A DNA stretch of 63,272 bases, filler included, from a bacterium (GCA_040757115.1; 3 parts of 3 records of this genome joined end to end with filler, not necessarily neighbours in it), one strand, 5' to 3'. Positions 10,923 through 21,394 are shown, numbered from the whole stretch's first letter. Notes: generated by a model from the letters alone, not told the origin. Numbers and translations are program-made.

Positions 10923-11480
10923 ATGAGACCATGGCTGAAAAACTATATTGAAGACCATATAAAGATAATTCAAGCGCTTGACCAAGAAAGAACGGCCAAT
11001 CTCATTGAACTGGTTAAGGAAACCCGTGATTTGGAGAGGCAAATTTTTGTAATAGGTAACGGTGGAAGTGCCGCCTGTAGTTCCCATCTGGCAGTTGACT
11101 TAGGAAAGGGTGCTTCTCTAAATAAGAAGAGGCGTTTCAGGATCTTTTCACCGGTTGACCATATCCCCTGGTTAACGGCTTTAGGCAATGATCTGAGTTA
11201 TGATGATATATTCTCGGAGCAAATTGAGAATTTTGCTCAGGAAGGAGACCTACTTCTGGCAATTAGCGTCAGTGGTAGCTCTCCAAATCTTGTCAAAGCA
11301 GTTGAGCGGGCAAAGCACCTTAAACTTAAAACAGCAGCTTTAGTGGGGGATAAGAATGGGAAGCTAATCAATATGGTAGATCTGGTGATTGTCATTCCGT
11401 CTAAACACTATGGCCATGTTGAAGATATACAAACTGCTATCTGCCACATGATCAGTTATTATTTTATAGAGAGAGAATAA
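10923..11480 (+). CDS. SIS-domain phosphosugar isomerase (GmhA-like)
   Basis: GNGGSAA, ALGND, ISVSGSSPN, VEDIQ...H. Confidence 0.88.
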   Translation: MRPWLKNYIEDHIKIIQALDQERTANLIELVKETRDLERQIFVIGNGGSAACSSHLAVDLGKGASLNKKRRFRIFSPVDHIPWLTALGNDLSYDDIFSEQIENFAQEGDLLLAISVSGSSPNLVKAVERAKHLKLKTAALVGDKNGKLINMVDLVIVIPSKHYGHVEDIQTAICHMISYYFIERE

Positions 11481-12466
11481 TGAAGGGACTTGATAAGTTT
11501 GATCGGTCATCTTTACATATTTTGCCTATTTCGGAACGCCAATCCGACTTAAGTATTAAAGATTTCTCTAATAAGGTCGAAATACCATATCACCATTCTG
11601 ATTTGAATATATTAGCTGGTAAAATAGTTAAAGCCTATGAGGATAAGAGACAAACCATCCTTATGATGGGAGCTCATGTAATTCGTTCAGGGGTATCAAG
11701 ATATATAATTGAGCTTATGGATAAAGGGGTGATAACTCATATTGCCATGAATGGGGCCGGTCCTATTCATGAATATGAGTTAGTGAGGTTTGGCTGGACA
11801 ACAGAATCTGTCGCTTATTATATAAAAAAAGGGCAGTTTGGACTGTGGAAAGAGATAGGAGAGCTAAATGAGGTAATTAATACGGCTTATAAAAAGGGGA
11901 TTGGTTTTGGAGAGGCAGTAGGGAGATTTCTTGAGGAAAGCAACTGGCCACATAAAGATATAAGTATTTTAGCCGCAGGATACAGACTTAAGATTCCTGT
12001 AACAGTTCATGTAGGTATAGGATATGATATATTGCATGAGCATCCCAACTGTGATGGGGCAGCCATTGGAGCTACTTCATACAAAGATTTTTTGAGATTT
12101 GCCATGAGTGTTCAAGAGCTTGAAAAAGGGGTGGTTATGTGTTTTGGCACCGCAGTCATGGGTCCAGAGGTGTTCCTCAAGGCCCTTTCTATGGCCAGAA
12201 ATATTGCTCATCAAAGAGGAGAAAAGATATCCTCCTTTACAACCGCAGTATTTGATCTGATAGATATAGAGGGGGACTATCATAAGGAACCCTCTAACTC
12301 CAGTCCAATGTATTACTATAGACCATGGAAGTCACTCCTTGTTCGGACTGTTTCAGAGGAAGGACAAAGCTTCTATTTTAAAGGAGACCACAGGGCAACC
12401 ATCCCTGCCCTATATCACTTAATTATGGAAGGAATTGCTCCTCAAAAGGAGAAAACTTATGAATGA
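11480..12466 (+). CDS. Conserved hypothetical, deoxyhypusine-synthase-like fold
   Basis: MGAHVIRSG, AMNGAG..HEYE, GTAVMGPEVFLKALSMARN; translationally coupled; fold assignment is an inference. Confidence 0.55.
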   Translation: MKGLDKFDRSSLHILPISERQSDLSIKDFSNKVEIPYHHSDLNILAGKIVKAYEDKRQTILMMGAHVIRSGVSRYIIELMDKGVITHIAMNGAGPIHEYELVRFGWTTESVAYYIKKGQFGLWKEIGELNEVINTAYKKGIGFGEAVGRFLEESNWPHKDISILAAGYRLKIPVTVHVGIGYDILHEHPNCDGAAIGATSYKDFLRFAMSVQELEKGVVMCFGTAVMGPEVFLKALSMARNIAHQRGEKISSFTTAVFDLIDIEGDYHKEPSNSSPMYYYRPWKSLLVRTVSEEGQSFYFKGDHRATIPALYHLIMEGIAPQKEKTYE

Positions 12467-13274
12467 AGATGACAATAAAAGACTGGTTGTTTCTGTTATC
12501 ATGCCAGCCCTTAATGAAGAGAAGAATATTCTGGCGGCGATTAATAACATACTAAAAGCTCTGGAAGATTTTAATATTAATGGTGAAGTTATTGCTGTTA
12601 ATGACGGGAGTACCGATGCTACAGAAGAGATGGTGCGCGATATTATGAATAAAGATAATCGGGTCAGGATGTTGAGGCATGAAAAACCTCAAGGCATAGG
12701 GACATCATTCTGGGACGGGGTGGATAATGCTAAGGGAGATATAGTTATTATGCTTCCTGGGGACAATGAGAACGACCCCTGGGAGATTTTGCGTTATTAC
12801 GAGCTGCTTGACCATGTAGATATGATTATCCCCTTTATTTTCAATAAAGAAGCGAGGTCATTATTTCGAAATGTGCTCTCTTTTATTTATCGTTTTATTA
12901 TTAATACCACCTTTCTTGTCTATTTTAATTACACCAATGGCACGGTTCTTTATCGAAAATCCATTCTAAAAGAACTGGAGTATAGAAGTCACAGTTTCTT
13001 CTTTCAAACCGATATTTTAATAAGGTTAGTAAAGAGGGGGTATCTTTTTGCTGAAGTTCCCTACAGGCTTGGTTTAAGAAAAGAAGGAGTATCCAAAGCC
13101 ATTACCTTTCCTTCTTTATTACAGGTTACAAAGGGCTATTTTCAGCTCCTGAACGATATTTATTTTAAGAAGAAGAATAAGGCTTGTTTTTCGGATGATT
13201 CTCAAACAGCACTCAGGCGACAAAAAGCAGATGAGTTAGGGTTCTGCAAAATAGGATTTGGGGGAGACAACTGA
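12459..13274 (+). CDS. GT2 glycosyltransferase (polyprenol-phosphate sugar synthase-like)
   Basis: SVIMPALNEE, VNDGSTD; final 12 residues come from an inserted element. Confidence 0.9.
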   Translation: MNEDDNKRLVVSVIMPALNEEKNILAAINNILKALEDFNINGEVIAVNDGSTDATEEMVRDIMNKDNRVRMLRHEKPQGIGTSFWDGVDNAKGDIVIMLPGDNENDPWEILRYYELLDHVDMIIPFIFNKEARSLFRNVLSFIYRFIINTTFLVYFNYTNGTVLYRKSILKELEYRSHSFFFQTDILIRLVKRGYLFAEVPYRLGLRKEGVSKAITFPSLLQVTKGYFQLLNDIYFKKKNKACFSDDSQTALRRQKADELGFCKIGFGGDN

Positions 13275-13716
13275 GAGTTAGACCTGAAATTAGAGATAAA
13301 AAATCAAATATCAAATAGCAAAATGCAAAATTACAAATCAAATTTCAAAAAGGACTGTAACTATTCAGCCACTGATTGACACGGATTAGCACGGATAAAT
13401 ACAGAGGTTAGAAGATAGAGGTCAGAGGACAGAGGAGAAAGGGAGAAACGGAGAAGGAGAGGAGACACGAGGCACTATACCTGAATTTGCCTTCAACCTT
13501 GAGCCTAATTACGGACACGGATACCGGACACAGATTCACGAATTTTCCGTGTTTCATCCGTGTTTATCTGTGGCTGAACAGTTCAGATAATTTTACATTT
13601 TGATATGTAATTTTTATATTTGCTTTTTGCATTTTGATCTTTGGAGGAAATTGATAAAAATAGAGGTTTTAAATACCCGCTTAAAAATTACAGTTTCCTA
13701 ATTTTGCAGAACTCTA
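13237..13716. mobile_element. Non-autonomous element with 11-bp target duplication and nested elements
   Basis: TIRs TAGGGTTCTGCAAAAT / ATTTTGCAGAACTCTA; direct repeat AGCAGATGAGT at 13226-13236 and 13717-13727; IS66-like element nested at 13357-13584. Confidence 0.85.
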
Positions 13717-13743
13717 AGCAGATGAGTAATAAAGGACTTTTTG

Positions 13744-14847
13744 ATGAGTGAACTAATCCTTGATGGCCACAAATTGGCTTGGCATAAAGAAAGAGTGAAT
13801 GCCTGGTTAAAAGGAGAAAGGATTGCACCTATCACTATTGATTGTGCTTTGACCAGACGATGCACTTATAGATGTGTCTATTGTTACGGTCAACTCCAGG
13901 CTAACGATGAAAAAAGGATGACACAGGATGTAATATTTAGATTCTTAGATGATGCGGCTGAGATTGGTGTAAAAGCCATAAGTTTTGTCAGTGATGGAGA
14001 AAGCACCTGCTCTCCCTATTTAACCCAGGCAATTATAAGGGGTAAAAAAAATGGTCTGGATATGGCCCTGGGAACAAATGGCTATTTATTAAAGGATGAA
14101 AAATTAGAGGAAATTCTGCCCTGTTTGACTTATCTTAGATTCAATATTTCTGCAGCCAGCCCTTCCCGCTACGCTCAAATAATGGGCTGCAAAGAAAAAT
14201 GTTTCCATAAAGTATACCATACTATAAAAGAGTGTATCAGAATAAAAAAAGAAAAAAACCTCCATGTAACTATAGGATTACAAATGGTCTTGCTACCTCA
14301 ATTTTCCGACCAGGTTATTCCCTTTGCCAACATTGGTAAAGAATTAGGAGTTGATTACTCAGTTATTAAGCATTGCAGTGATGATGAGGAGGGAAGTTTA
14401 GGGGTGGATTACGATAAATACCTTAATTTGGTTGATATTCTAAAGCAGGCAGAAAGCTGCTCAACTGAAGGATACTTAGTCAAGGCAAAATGGTCTAAGA
14501 TTTTAAGTAAAGGAAAGCGTAAATATTCCCAATGTTATGGTCCACCGTTTATTACCCAGTTTTCCGGTTCTGGGCTGGTTGCCCCTTGTGGGATGTTGTT
14601 TAACAGGAAGTATAAAAGATTTCATATCGGTAATATTGCCAATACATCTTTTAAAGAAATCTGGCAAAGCGAGCGTTATTGGGAGGTCATGAATCTTATT
14701 GCTTCAAGTAAGTTTGATGCCAAAACGATGTGCGGTACTTTATGTCTTCAGCATAAGGTAAATGAGTTTCTCTGGGATTTAAAACAAGGAAAGACTTCCC
14801 TTAAAGAAGGAATGGGTGAGACTCCAATGCATATAAATTTCATTTAA
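13744..14847 (+). CDS. Radical SAM protein with SPASM/twitch domain
   Basis: CTYRCVYC (CxxxCxxC); C-terminal C...GLVAPCG...IGNI..SFKEIW. Confidence 0.9.
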   Translation: MSELILDGHKLAWHKERVNAWLKGERIAPITIDCALTRRCTYRCVYCYGQLQANDEKRMTQDVIFRFLDDAAEIGVKAISFVSDGESTCSPYLTQAIIRGKKNGLDMALGTNGYLLKDEKLEEILPCLTYLRFNISAASPSRYAQIMGCKEKCFHKVYHTIKECIRIKKEKNLHVTIGLQMVLLPQFSDQVIPFANIGKELGVDYSVIKHCSDDEEGSLGVDYDKYLNLVDILKQAESCSTEGYLVKAKWSKILSKGKRKYSQCYGPPFITQFSGSGLVAPCGMLFNRKYKRFHIGNIANTSFKEIWQSERYWEVMNLIASSKFDAKTMCGTLCLQHKVNEFLWDLKQGKTSLKEGMGETPMHINFI

Positions 14848-14854
14848 TTCTACT

Positions 14855-15556
14855 ATGTCTATTATTATAGCCGCTAAGTGCGCACCTCAAAAAGAAATAC
14901 TCTATAATATTGAGAGAGCAGGTCTGAAAGCAGTAGAGTTATATCTATCAGAAGAGATACTGAATGATTTGGATAAAACTATACAACTATGCAGAAATTT
15001 TTCTTTCATATATGCTTTTCATGCACCAACAGAGGGATGCAAACTGGATAAGCTGGCAGAATTGGTCAAGGCTATTGGTGGGAAGATAGTTGTGTTTCAT
15101 AACATCTATTGGGAAGAGGAGTGGAAGAAGATAGTAAGAACTTTTAGAGATGTTGAGGCTAATCTGTGCATGGAGAATACCTATAGTGTGCATGAGCCGG
15201 TAAAATTTATGCAAAGATATGGGGTGGGTAGATGCTTGGACCTGGAGCATTTACAGATGGAATGTGCGGGGGTCTACGAGGAAGTGTTTATTCCTGTTAT
15301 AAAACAGGCTTCTCATATCCATTTAACCGGTTATACTTATGGCTCACAACTATGGCATACTCATATCCATTATTCACAGGAGCATAATTTGTATATGTTG
15401 GATTTGTTGAAGAAAGCAGGTTATTCGGGTCTTCTTGTCTCTGAAGCCAGAGAATCACTTCAGACTTATGAAGAGTTTAAGAAATTAAATAATTTTTTTA
15501 AAATATGGGAATCTCGTGACAAACATGAAGTTGGGAATTGGGATTCCCGATTCTAA
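14855..15556 (+). CDS. Xylose-isomerase/AP-endonuclease-2-like TIM barrel protein
   Basis: VELY, FHAP, CMEN, LDLEH, HIHL and terminal Glu metal-ligand pattern. Confidence 0.6.
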   Translation: MSIIIAAKCAPQKEILYNIERAGLKAVELYLSEEILNDLDKTIQLCRNFSFIYAFHAPTEGCKLDKLAELVKAIGGKIVVFHNIYWEEEWKKIVRTFRDVEANLCMENTYSVHEPVKFMQRYGVGRCLDLEHLQMECAGVYEEVFIPVIKQASHIHLTGYTYGSQLWHTHIHYSQEHNLYMLDLLKKAGYSGLLVSEARESLQTYEEFKKLNNFFKIWESRDKHEVGNWDSRF

Positions 15557-15577
15557 TTAAGAAAAGGTCGATATCTT

Positions 15578-16087
15578 ATGAAGGTATTATTTTGGGGTTC
15601 AACTATTTTTTGTCTGGCTTTCTTTTTACATCTAATCGTCTGGAAGATACATTTACCCAAAAGACAAACAAAAGCTTTATTGGAAATATTTTTTGGTACT
15701 TTAATTATAAGTATTCTTACTTTATGGAATAGTGCATCATTTGGAATATTTGTTGTGGAAAGTTTTTTAGAATATTTTCATATTTGCCTGTTTTTTATTT
15801 CTTTCACACTAGCTTATATAATTACTTATTCAGGGATAGAGGCGGATAGTCCTTCGCTGGTAATAATAAGAAAAGTTGCCGAGGCTGGTTCAGAGGGGTT
15901 AGATCAAAAAGAGTTTGATCGAATGATGAGAGACGACCTTTTGATAAAACCAAGAATAAAAGACCTTCTTAGTGATAAAATGGTCTATATGGAAGGGGAT
16001 AAGTATAAATTGAGGTCAAAAGGTGCTTTGATGGCACGCATATTTATTTTCTATCGCCAGCTGTTAAATGCTCCCAAAGGTGGTTAA
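15578..16087 (+). CDS. Small membrane protein with C-terminal wHTH-like segment
   Basis: Three hydrophobic helices then IEADSPSL...PRIKDLL...YKL..KG; paralog at 18663-19179. Confidence 0.7.
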   Translation: MKVLFWGSTIFCLAFFLHLIVWKIHLPKRQTKALLEIFFGTLIISILTLWNSASFGIFVVESFLEYFHICLFFISFTLAYIITYSGIEADSPSLVIIRKVAEAGSEGLDQKEFDRMMRDDLLIKPRIKDLLSDKMVYMEGDKYKLRSKGALMARIFIFYRQLLNAPKGG

Positions 16088-16093
16088 TCGCAT

Positions 16094-16621
16094 ATGTCTT
16101 ACCATGCTATGCAAGTTCTGGATCCGGTTATCGGGTTGATGGTAAATGTTCTGGTCCAGATACTTGGCAGTCGTTTTGTTCCTGGATTGGGGATGTTAAA
16201 ATCTGTTGTTTTAGGGTTCATCACCGGGGGGCTCAGTGTAATCCTGACTGAATTATATTTGTTGGTGGGCAGTGGAATGCCCATAGGTGATGCCCTGGGC
16301 AACATGGTCACTAACCTGATAATTTATGCTTGCCTGGGATATTGTTATTTTCATTTTATAAACCTGGGGGAAACAGCCCGCAGGATTAGAATATTAAGAG
16401 AATTGTACGATTCTAAAGAAGGTCTTTCTATGGATGAGATTCTAAAACGATATAATGCCAGAGATATAGTTAAGATAAGAATTAACAGGCTGGTTAATAA
16501 TGGTCAGATAATATTCAAAAATAACAGATATTACATTGGCAAGCCAATTATGTTGTTAATGGCAAAGATTATAATCAGAATGAAGTTAATGGTTCTTGGT
16601 AAAGAAAGTGAGTTTGATTGA
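16094..16621 (+). CDS. Small membrane protein with C-terminal wHTH-like segment
   Basis: Three TM helices then ETARRIRILREL..GLSMDEIL..RINRLV..GQI. Confidence 0.7.
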   Translation: MSYHAMQVLDPVIGLMVNVLVQILGSRFVPGLGMLKSVVLGFITGGLSVILTELYLLVGSGMPIGDALGNMVTNLIIYACLGYCYFHFINLGETARRIRILRELYDSKEGLSMDEILKRYNARDIVKIRINRLVNNGQIIFKNNRYYIGKPIMLLMAKIIIRMKLMVLGKESEFD

Positions 16622-16651
16622 TTTTAACTTACATTAACCAGGAGGCAAAGA

Positions 16652-18352
16652 ATGATATTAGGAAATAAATTCATGAGAAAGGTTATAGAATACAAATTTC
16701 TAATTTTTATTCTTATTATAGGAAGTTTTTTACTTTTTTTTAATTTAGGCACTAATAGGTATCTTAATGGGGATTCAGCAAATGAGGGATTATTGGCAAA
16801 AAGTATATGTTCCTGTGGACTCCCAAATCATTGGGATGGAAAGAATATATTCGCTGATGCATATGGTAATGAGTTTAAACGAGTGGGAAATTATTATATT
16901 TTGTCTCACCATCCTTGGTTACATTTATATGTAATTGCTGCTTCATATCTACTTTTGGGGAGAACTGCATTTTCAACACTTTTCCCCGGGGCATTGGTTG
17001 CACTTTTTACTATATTTTTATCTTACTTTTTTGCTATTAAAATATCAAGGGATAAAGAGATTGCTATCATAACAACTCTATTATTACTCTTATCTGTTCA
17101 ATTCTTGCTATTTGGAAGAGGGGATAGGTATTATGCGTTAATAGCACTTTTTACACTTTTAATGTTATATTTTTATTTAAAGTTTTTAGAAGATAAAAAA
17201 GGAAGTATGATTGGATTTGGAATTTCTGCTATATTGTTCTTTCACAGTAATTATGTACCTTTCATAGCAGTAATGGGGGGAATAATGACACATTTCTTTT
17301 TATTTGAATTTAAGAAAGAAAGATTAAAATCAATTTTACTTTCATTACTTACTATATCCCTTTTTACTACCCCATGGATTTTATTTTTTCATCCTTCTTC
17401 AAGTGTAATACAAAGTTGGAGTAGTCTTGGGGCATATAATTCAATAAAAGAGTTTTTATTTGTATTTACACATACTTTATTAAAAATAAATAATCATCTC
17501 TTTCCTTTCCTATTATTTGTATTAGTTCCCTTTATTATGATAAAAAGAACGGGGCATAAATTAGTTGTTAATAATCGATATATTCTTATATTGTTAGTAA
17601 TATGTTTCATATTATTAACTTTTTTATTACATGATGTAGGACGTAGTTTTAATAGCATGATTCCTTTATTTTGTTTATTATCTGCAAGTATTTATAAATT
17701 TATTAAAGGGAAAAATAGAATAATTGCATATGTATTCTTAATCCTATTATTATTTACAAATATTATAAATGTTACACCTACTATATTATTCAAGAGTTGT
17801 ATTTCTACAAACAACTTTGCCAATATTATATCCTTTATCATTCATGGAGATAAAGAAAAAGTGTTAGAAAAATTAAAAGAAAGGGATGCAGAAAAGAAGA
17901 TTGAAGAATATGCAAAGATAAAATTCCTAATTTGTGATTTTCTATATGAAATTACTCATGATTATGATAACGCTATAGAGGGCATAATTAAATACTTGCA
18001 AAAATATGGGAAGAAAGATGAGACTGTAATGATTCGGTGTGTAGAAGGATTAGCAAGTAATATCATATTTTATACAGGGATGAAGGTTATCTATAAAGTT
18101 AGTGATAACGAGGTTCTTTTCCCACCTACAGAGGATTTCTTAAAACTAAATCAAATGCCTCCTCGGGGAATAGATTGGTATATAAAAATACCATCTGAAC
18201 CTCTAGACTATATGCCTGAAGGTAAATATGAGAAAATAATTATTGATTATCCAGAGACAGTGTTTGATAATTATCCATTCTTACCAAGTCATCAATTTAA
18301 AACATTAAATGATGGACCCAAAGTAGTTATTTATCACAAGATGAACGACTAA
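16652..18352 (+). CDS. GT-C fold integral membrane glycosyltransferase (ArnT/PMT-like)
   Basis: About 12 TM helices, loop with HHPWL, RYY motif; AGGAGG Shine-Dalgarno. Confidence 0.75.
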   Translation: MILGNKFMRKVIEYKFLIFILIIGSFLLFFNLGTNRYLNGDSANEGLLAKSICSCGLPNHWDGKNIFADAYGNEFKRVGNYYILSHHPWLHLYVIAASYLLLGRTAFSTLFPGALVALFTIFLSYFFAIKISRDKEIAIITTLLLLLSVQFLLFGRGDRYYALIALFTLLMLYFYLKFLEDKKGSMIGFGISAILFFHSNYVPFIAVMGGIMTHFFLFEFKKERLKSILLSLLTISLFTTPWILFFHPSSSVIQSWSSLGAYNSIKEFLFVFTHTLLKINNHLFPFLLFVLVPFIMIKRTGHKLVVNNRYILILLVICFILLTFLLHDVGRSFNSMIPLFCLLSASIYKFIKGKNRIIAYVFLILLLFTNIINVTPTILFKSCISTNNFANIISFIIHGDKEKVLEKLKERDAEKKIEEYAKIKFLICDFLYEITHDYDNAIEGIIKYLQKYGKKDETVMIRCVEGLASNIIFYTGMKVIYKVSDNEVLFPPTEDFLKLNQMPPRGIDWYIKIPSEPLDYMPEGKYEKIIIDYPETVFDNYPFLPSHQFKTLNDGPKVVIYHKMND

Positions 18353-18390
18353 TACTTTAAAAGTATTATTGAGATAAGAGCAATAGTATT

Positions 18391-18485
18391 AAGAGTCTAT
18401 CCGAAAAGTTGGAAGGCAAAACTTATTCTTGGCATTTTCCCTCAACAAGTTGAGTCATCCGTTGGTTTTTTTCGGAGAGGTTCTA
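18391..18485. mobile_element. Possible small miniature inverted-repeat element
   Basis: Imperfect inverted ends AGAGTCTATCCGAAAA / TTTTCGGAGAGGTTCT. Confidence 0.4.
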
Positions 18486-18662
18486 AAAGCAAGTCTCTTG
18501 GATAAAAATGAAGGAGCAAGGGGAAAAGACCTTGTTCCTTCATGAAGAATGAGGAATAATTGTTATCTTTATGATGCATAACTTAAGTAAAATTAAGAGA
18601 CAAATTAATTTATCCACTCACATTCTTTTAAAAAAATATGTAGGAATTTTATTGTATTAAAA

Positions 18663-19179
18663 TTAGCCACCTTTTTTGTCTCTTCTTAAAAGCCTTCTAT
18701 ATTTGATAAATATCTTGGAAATTAAAATGCCTTTTGGGGTAAGTCTATATCTCGTTTTGTCTTTATATGCCAGACCGCTATTGATAAGATCTTTTATTCT
18801 GGGTATTACCAAAATTTCATCATTCATCTTCTGCTCAAATAGACCTTTATCAAGCCCTTTGGGCTCTGTTTCGGCAATACTCATTATCATCACAAGCGAA
18901 GGACTGTCTGCTTCAATTGCAGGGTAGGTAACTATATAGGCAAAGGCTAAGGAAATATACATAAAAGAAAGTTGAATATATTCATAAAATCTAGCAGGGG
19001 GCCCCTATGCCAAACAGCAAGATAAACGCTTTAAATAAATATATACCTACAATAAGATTAATAAAAAATATTAACAATAAAGTTTCAGCTTGCCTTTTTG
19101 GCAGATGTATTTTCCAAATAAAAAAATGTATCATAAAGGCACACATAAATAGTAATATCCCATAAAATAACACACTCAT
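18663..19179 (-). pseudogene. Frameshifted paralog of the 15578 membrane protein
   Basis: N-half MSVLFYG..WKIHLPKRQ and C-half IEADSPSL..PRIKDL..KKGG are in different frames; span is 3n+1; deleting one base of the G run at 18997-19001 restores one ORF. Confidence 0.8.
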
Positions 19180-20279
19180 CTTTTGACTGCCTGTCTGGTT
19201 TTCATCACAAATAAGCGAAACCATTCGCGGATAATCATAGGATAAAACTTTGGGCTATATAATAGATTCAGGGCTGTTACATTCTCCCATGTACAATAGC
19301 ATTTTTTGTTTTGGCTTATATTTTCTATTACTGTTCTGTTTCTTTGGGAAAACAAAATTTGCTTTATATCGTAATTGGCCTGCCTTAGATTTCCTAATTT
19401 ATGCCCTAAGATTTCGCAGGGATAAACATCGCCATTCTCATAGATAACTAATAATTTTCTTCCTGCTTGACAAGGAACGGTTTGTTTCTTATCTACATAA
19501 TTATCTACCACTATCTTATTAACAACCATCTCAAGCGCTTCTTTAAGGGCTAAAGAAGAAAATGGGCTGATATTGTTATCTACTTGATATTTAAAATTTC
19601 TGTAAAAATCGCGGTATCTTATATAATCGATGACCTTCTCTTCTTTATCTTTAACATCGCCGCGTATAAAGGCCAAGGAAGGTTTAACACTACCTATATT
19701 GTTTTGTATAAATCTTATAGTATCCGCAAATGAATCAATTGTTGAATGGCTGAAGATGGTGCTTGTTATTAAATTCAGATTTTTAAATTTGTCTTTCAGT
19801 TTCTTTAATCCATCTATAGTCTCAAGGATTTTATCAAAACCGCCTTTTACGCCTCGAAAACGGTCATGTCCATCCTTTATACCGTCTATAGAAATACAGA
19901 CAATTACGCCTAAATCTTTAAATTTGTCTAAAACATTCCCAACTGTATCAACAACTTTTTTAGTCAGAAAGGCGTTAGTATGAAAAGAGATATACTGAAT
20001 CCTGTTATTCTTATAAAATACAGAGACAATCTCTGCTAAATCATCTCTTAAAAACGGCTCTCCGCCACTAATTACTAAAACTTTTATATGTCCAAAATTT
20101 TTTGAAATCTTTTCGATTTCATCAAGGCTCAGTTCTTCTTTTAAGCTAGCTTCTTGCTGTCTTTGATAATTAAAACAGTGGGGGCACGATGCGTTGCATT
20201 TTGAAGTAGGATAAAATATCACATAGAACGGCAATCTATTAAATAAAAATTTAAATTCTTTTAAAAAAGTAGGCGCCAT
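19176..20279 (-). CDS. Radical SAM protein with SPASM/twitch domain
   Basis: CNASCPHC, SGGEPFLR, SIDG, CQAG...GDVYPCE...LGNL...CYC. Confidence 0.9.
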   Translation of the reverse strand: MAPTFLKEFKFLFNRLPFYVIFYPTSKCNASCPHCFNYQRQQEASLKEELSLDEIEKISKNFGHIKVLVISGGEPFLRDDLAEIVSVFYKNNRIQYISFHTNAFLTKKVVDTVGNVLDKFKDLGVIVCISIDGIKDGHDRFRGVKGGFDKILETIDGLKKLKDKFKNLNLITSTIFSHSTIDSFADTIRFIQNNIGSVKPSLAFIRGDVKDKEEKVIDYIRYRDFYRNFKYQVDNNISPFSSLALKEALEMVVNKIVVDNYVDKKQTVPCQAGRKLLVIYENGDVYPCEILGHKLGNLRQANYDIKQILFSQRNRTVIENISQNKKCYCTWENVTALNLLYSPKFYPMIIREWFRLFVMKTRQAVKR

Positions 20280-20286
20280 ATTTTTC

Positions 20287-21303
20287 TTATACCCTGTAAT
20301 CCTTCTGCCTCAAAACAAAATATATATATATTGCCTTAAGTATCCCCAATAACCTGGGCAGCATAATAGTAAAATCGGCAACTGCCCTTTTCATCGCAAA
20401 AAAGATACCTTTTTCTTTCAATAGGAAAAATAGAAATTTATAGATATTAATTATATATATAAGCAGAAGTATTATGAATAGAATTAAGGCAAGCCTTGCC
20501 TTAAAAAATAGCAAAAAGAAATTTATACCCATCAACGATATTATTATTATGCTGAGTTTGTCCTGTAAGGGGACAGAATTGCTGTGTAACTTCATAAAAT
20601 CCTTGTTTTTAGCCTGAAACGAAAGGATAGAAAAATTGATTGTTCTTCTGTATATCTTCTTTAATGCTGGCAATATATTCCCAAATCCGTGTTCAACAAA
20701 TATATCTGGATAATAAAATATCTTATATCTAGCCAGAAGGCGTATTCCGAGTTCGTGTTCCTCTCCGCCAGAAAACTTATATCCTTCATTAAATCCTTTA
20801 AAATAATTAAATACTTCTTTTCTAATCCCAAGGCAGCCTGTCTCAAGGTTTGCCGCCTCAATGCGTCTTTTGTCCTTAAACAAACCCGCAAAATTATACG
20901 TATACTTTAATAAAAAAAATTCCGAAGAAAATGTTGAAATTGGTGACTTTCTATCCCACCTGCCCTGAATAATATAGGCGTCCGTATCTTCTTCAAAATG
21001 TCTCAGAAATTTTTCTAAAGTATCTTTTTTTAGAATTACATCAGCGTCAAAAAAGAAAATAATATCTCCTTTTGCCTCTTTGATTCCAAAATTCCTTGCT
21101 GCAGCAACACCGGATTTTTCTATTCTAAGATATCTGCACGCAAACTCTTGCACAACCCCAGCAGTATTATCTGTGCTGCCGTCATCCACAATTATAACTT
21201 CAAAAGGAACTTTTATGTTGCTTGAAAAAATGGAATCAAGGCAACGGCCTATAGTTTTTTCTCCATTATAAACAGGGATTACAATAGATATCTTAGATAG
21301 CAT
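20287..21303 (-). CDS. GT2 glycosyltransferase with C-terminal TM segments
   Basis: SIVIPVYN, VDDGSTD, ARNFG, FFDAD. Confidence 0.92.
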   Translation of the reverse strand: MLSKISIVIPVYNGEKTIGRCLDSIFSSNIKVPFEVIIVDDGSTDNTAGVVQEFACRYLRIEKSGVAAARNFGIKEAKGDIIFFFDADVILKKDTLEKFLRHFEEDTDAYIIQGRWDRKSPISTFSSEFFLLKYTYNFAGLFKDKRRIEAANLETGCLGIRKEVFNYFKGFNEGYKFSGGEEHELGIRLLARYKIFYYPDIFVEHGFGNILPALKKIYRRTINFSILSFQAKNKDFMKLHSNSVPLQDKLSIIIISLMGINFFLLFFKARLALILFIILLLIYIINIYKFLFFLLKEKGIFFAMKRAVADFTIMLPRLLGILKAIYIYFVLRQKDYRV

Positions 21304-21394
21304 AGCAATTTATTAGAGATTGGGAATTATATTTTAAGATTGAGTGTTTTGGGTATTTTTGGGTATTATATCCATTTGTACTCATTGTGAGGAT

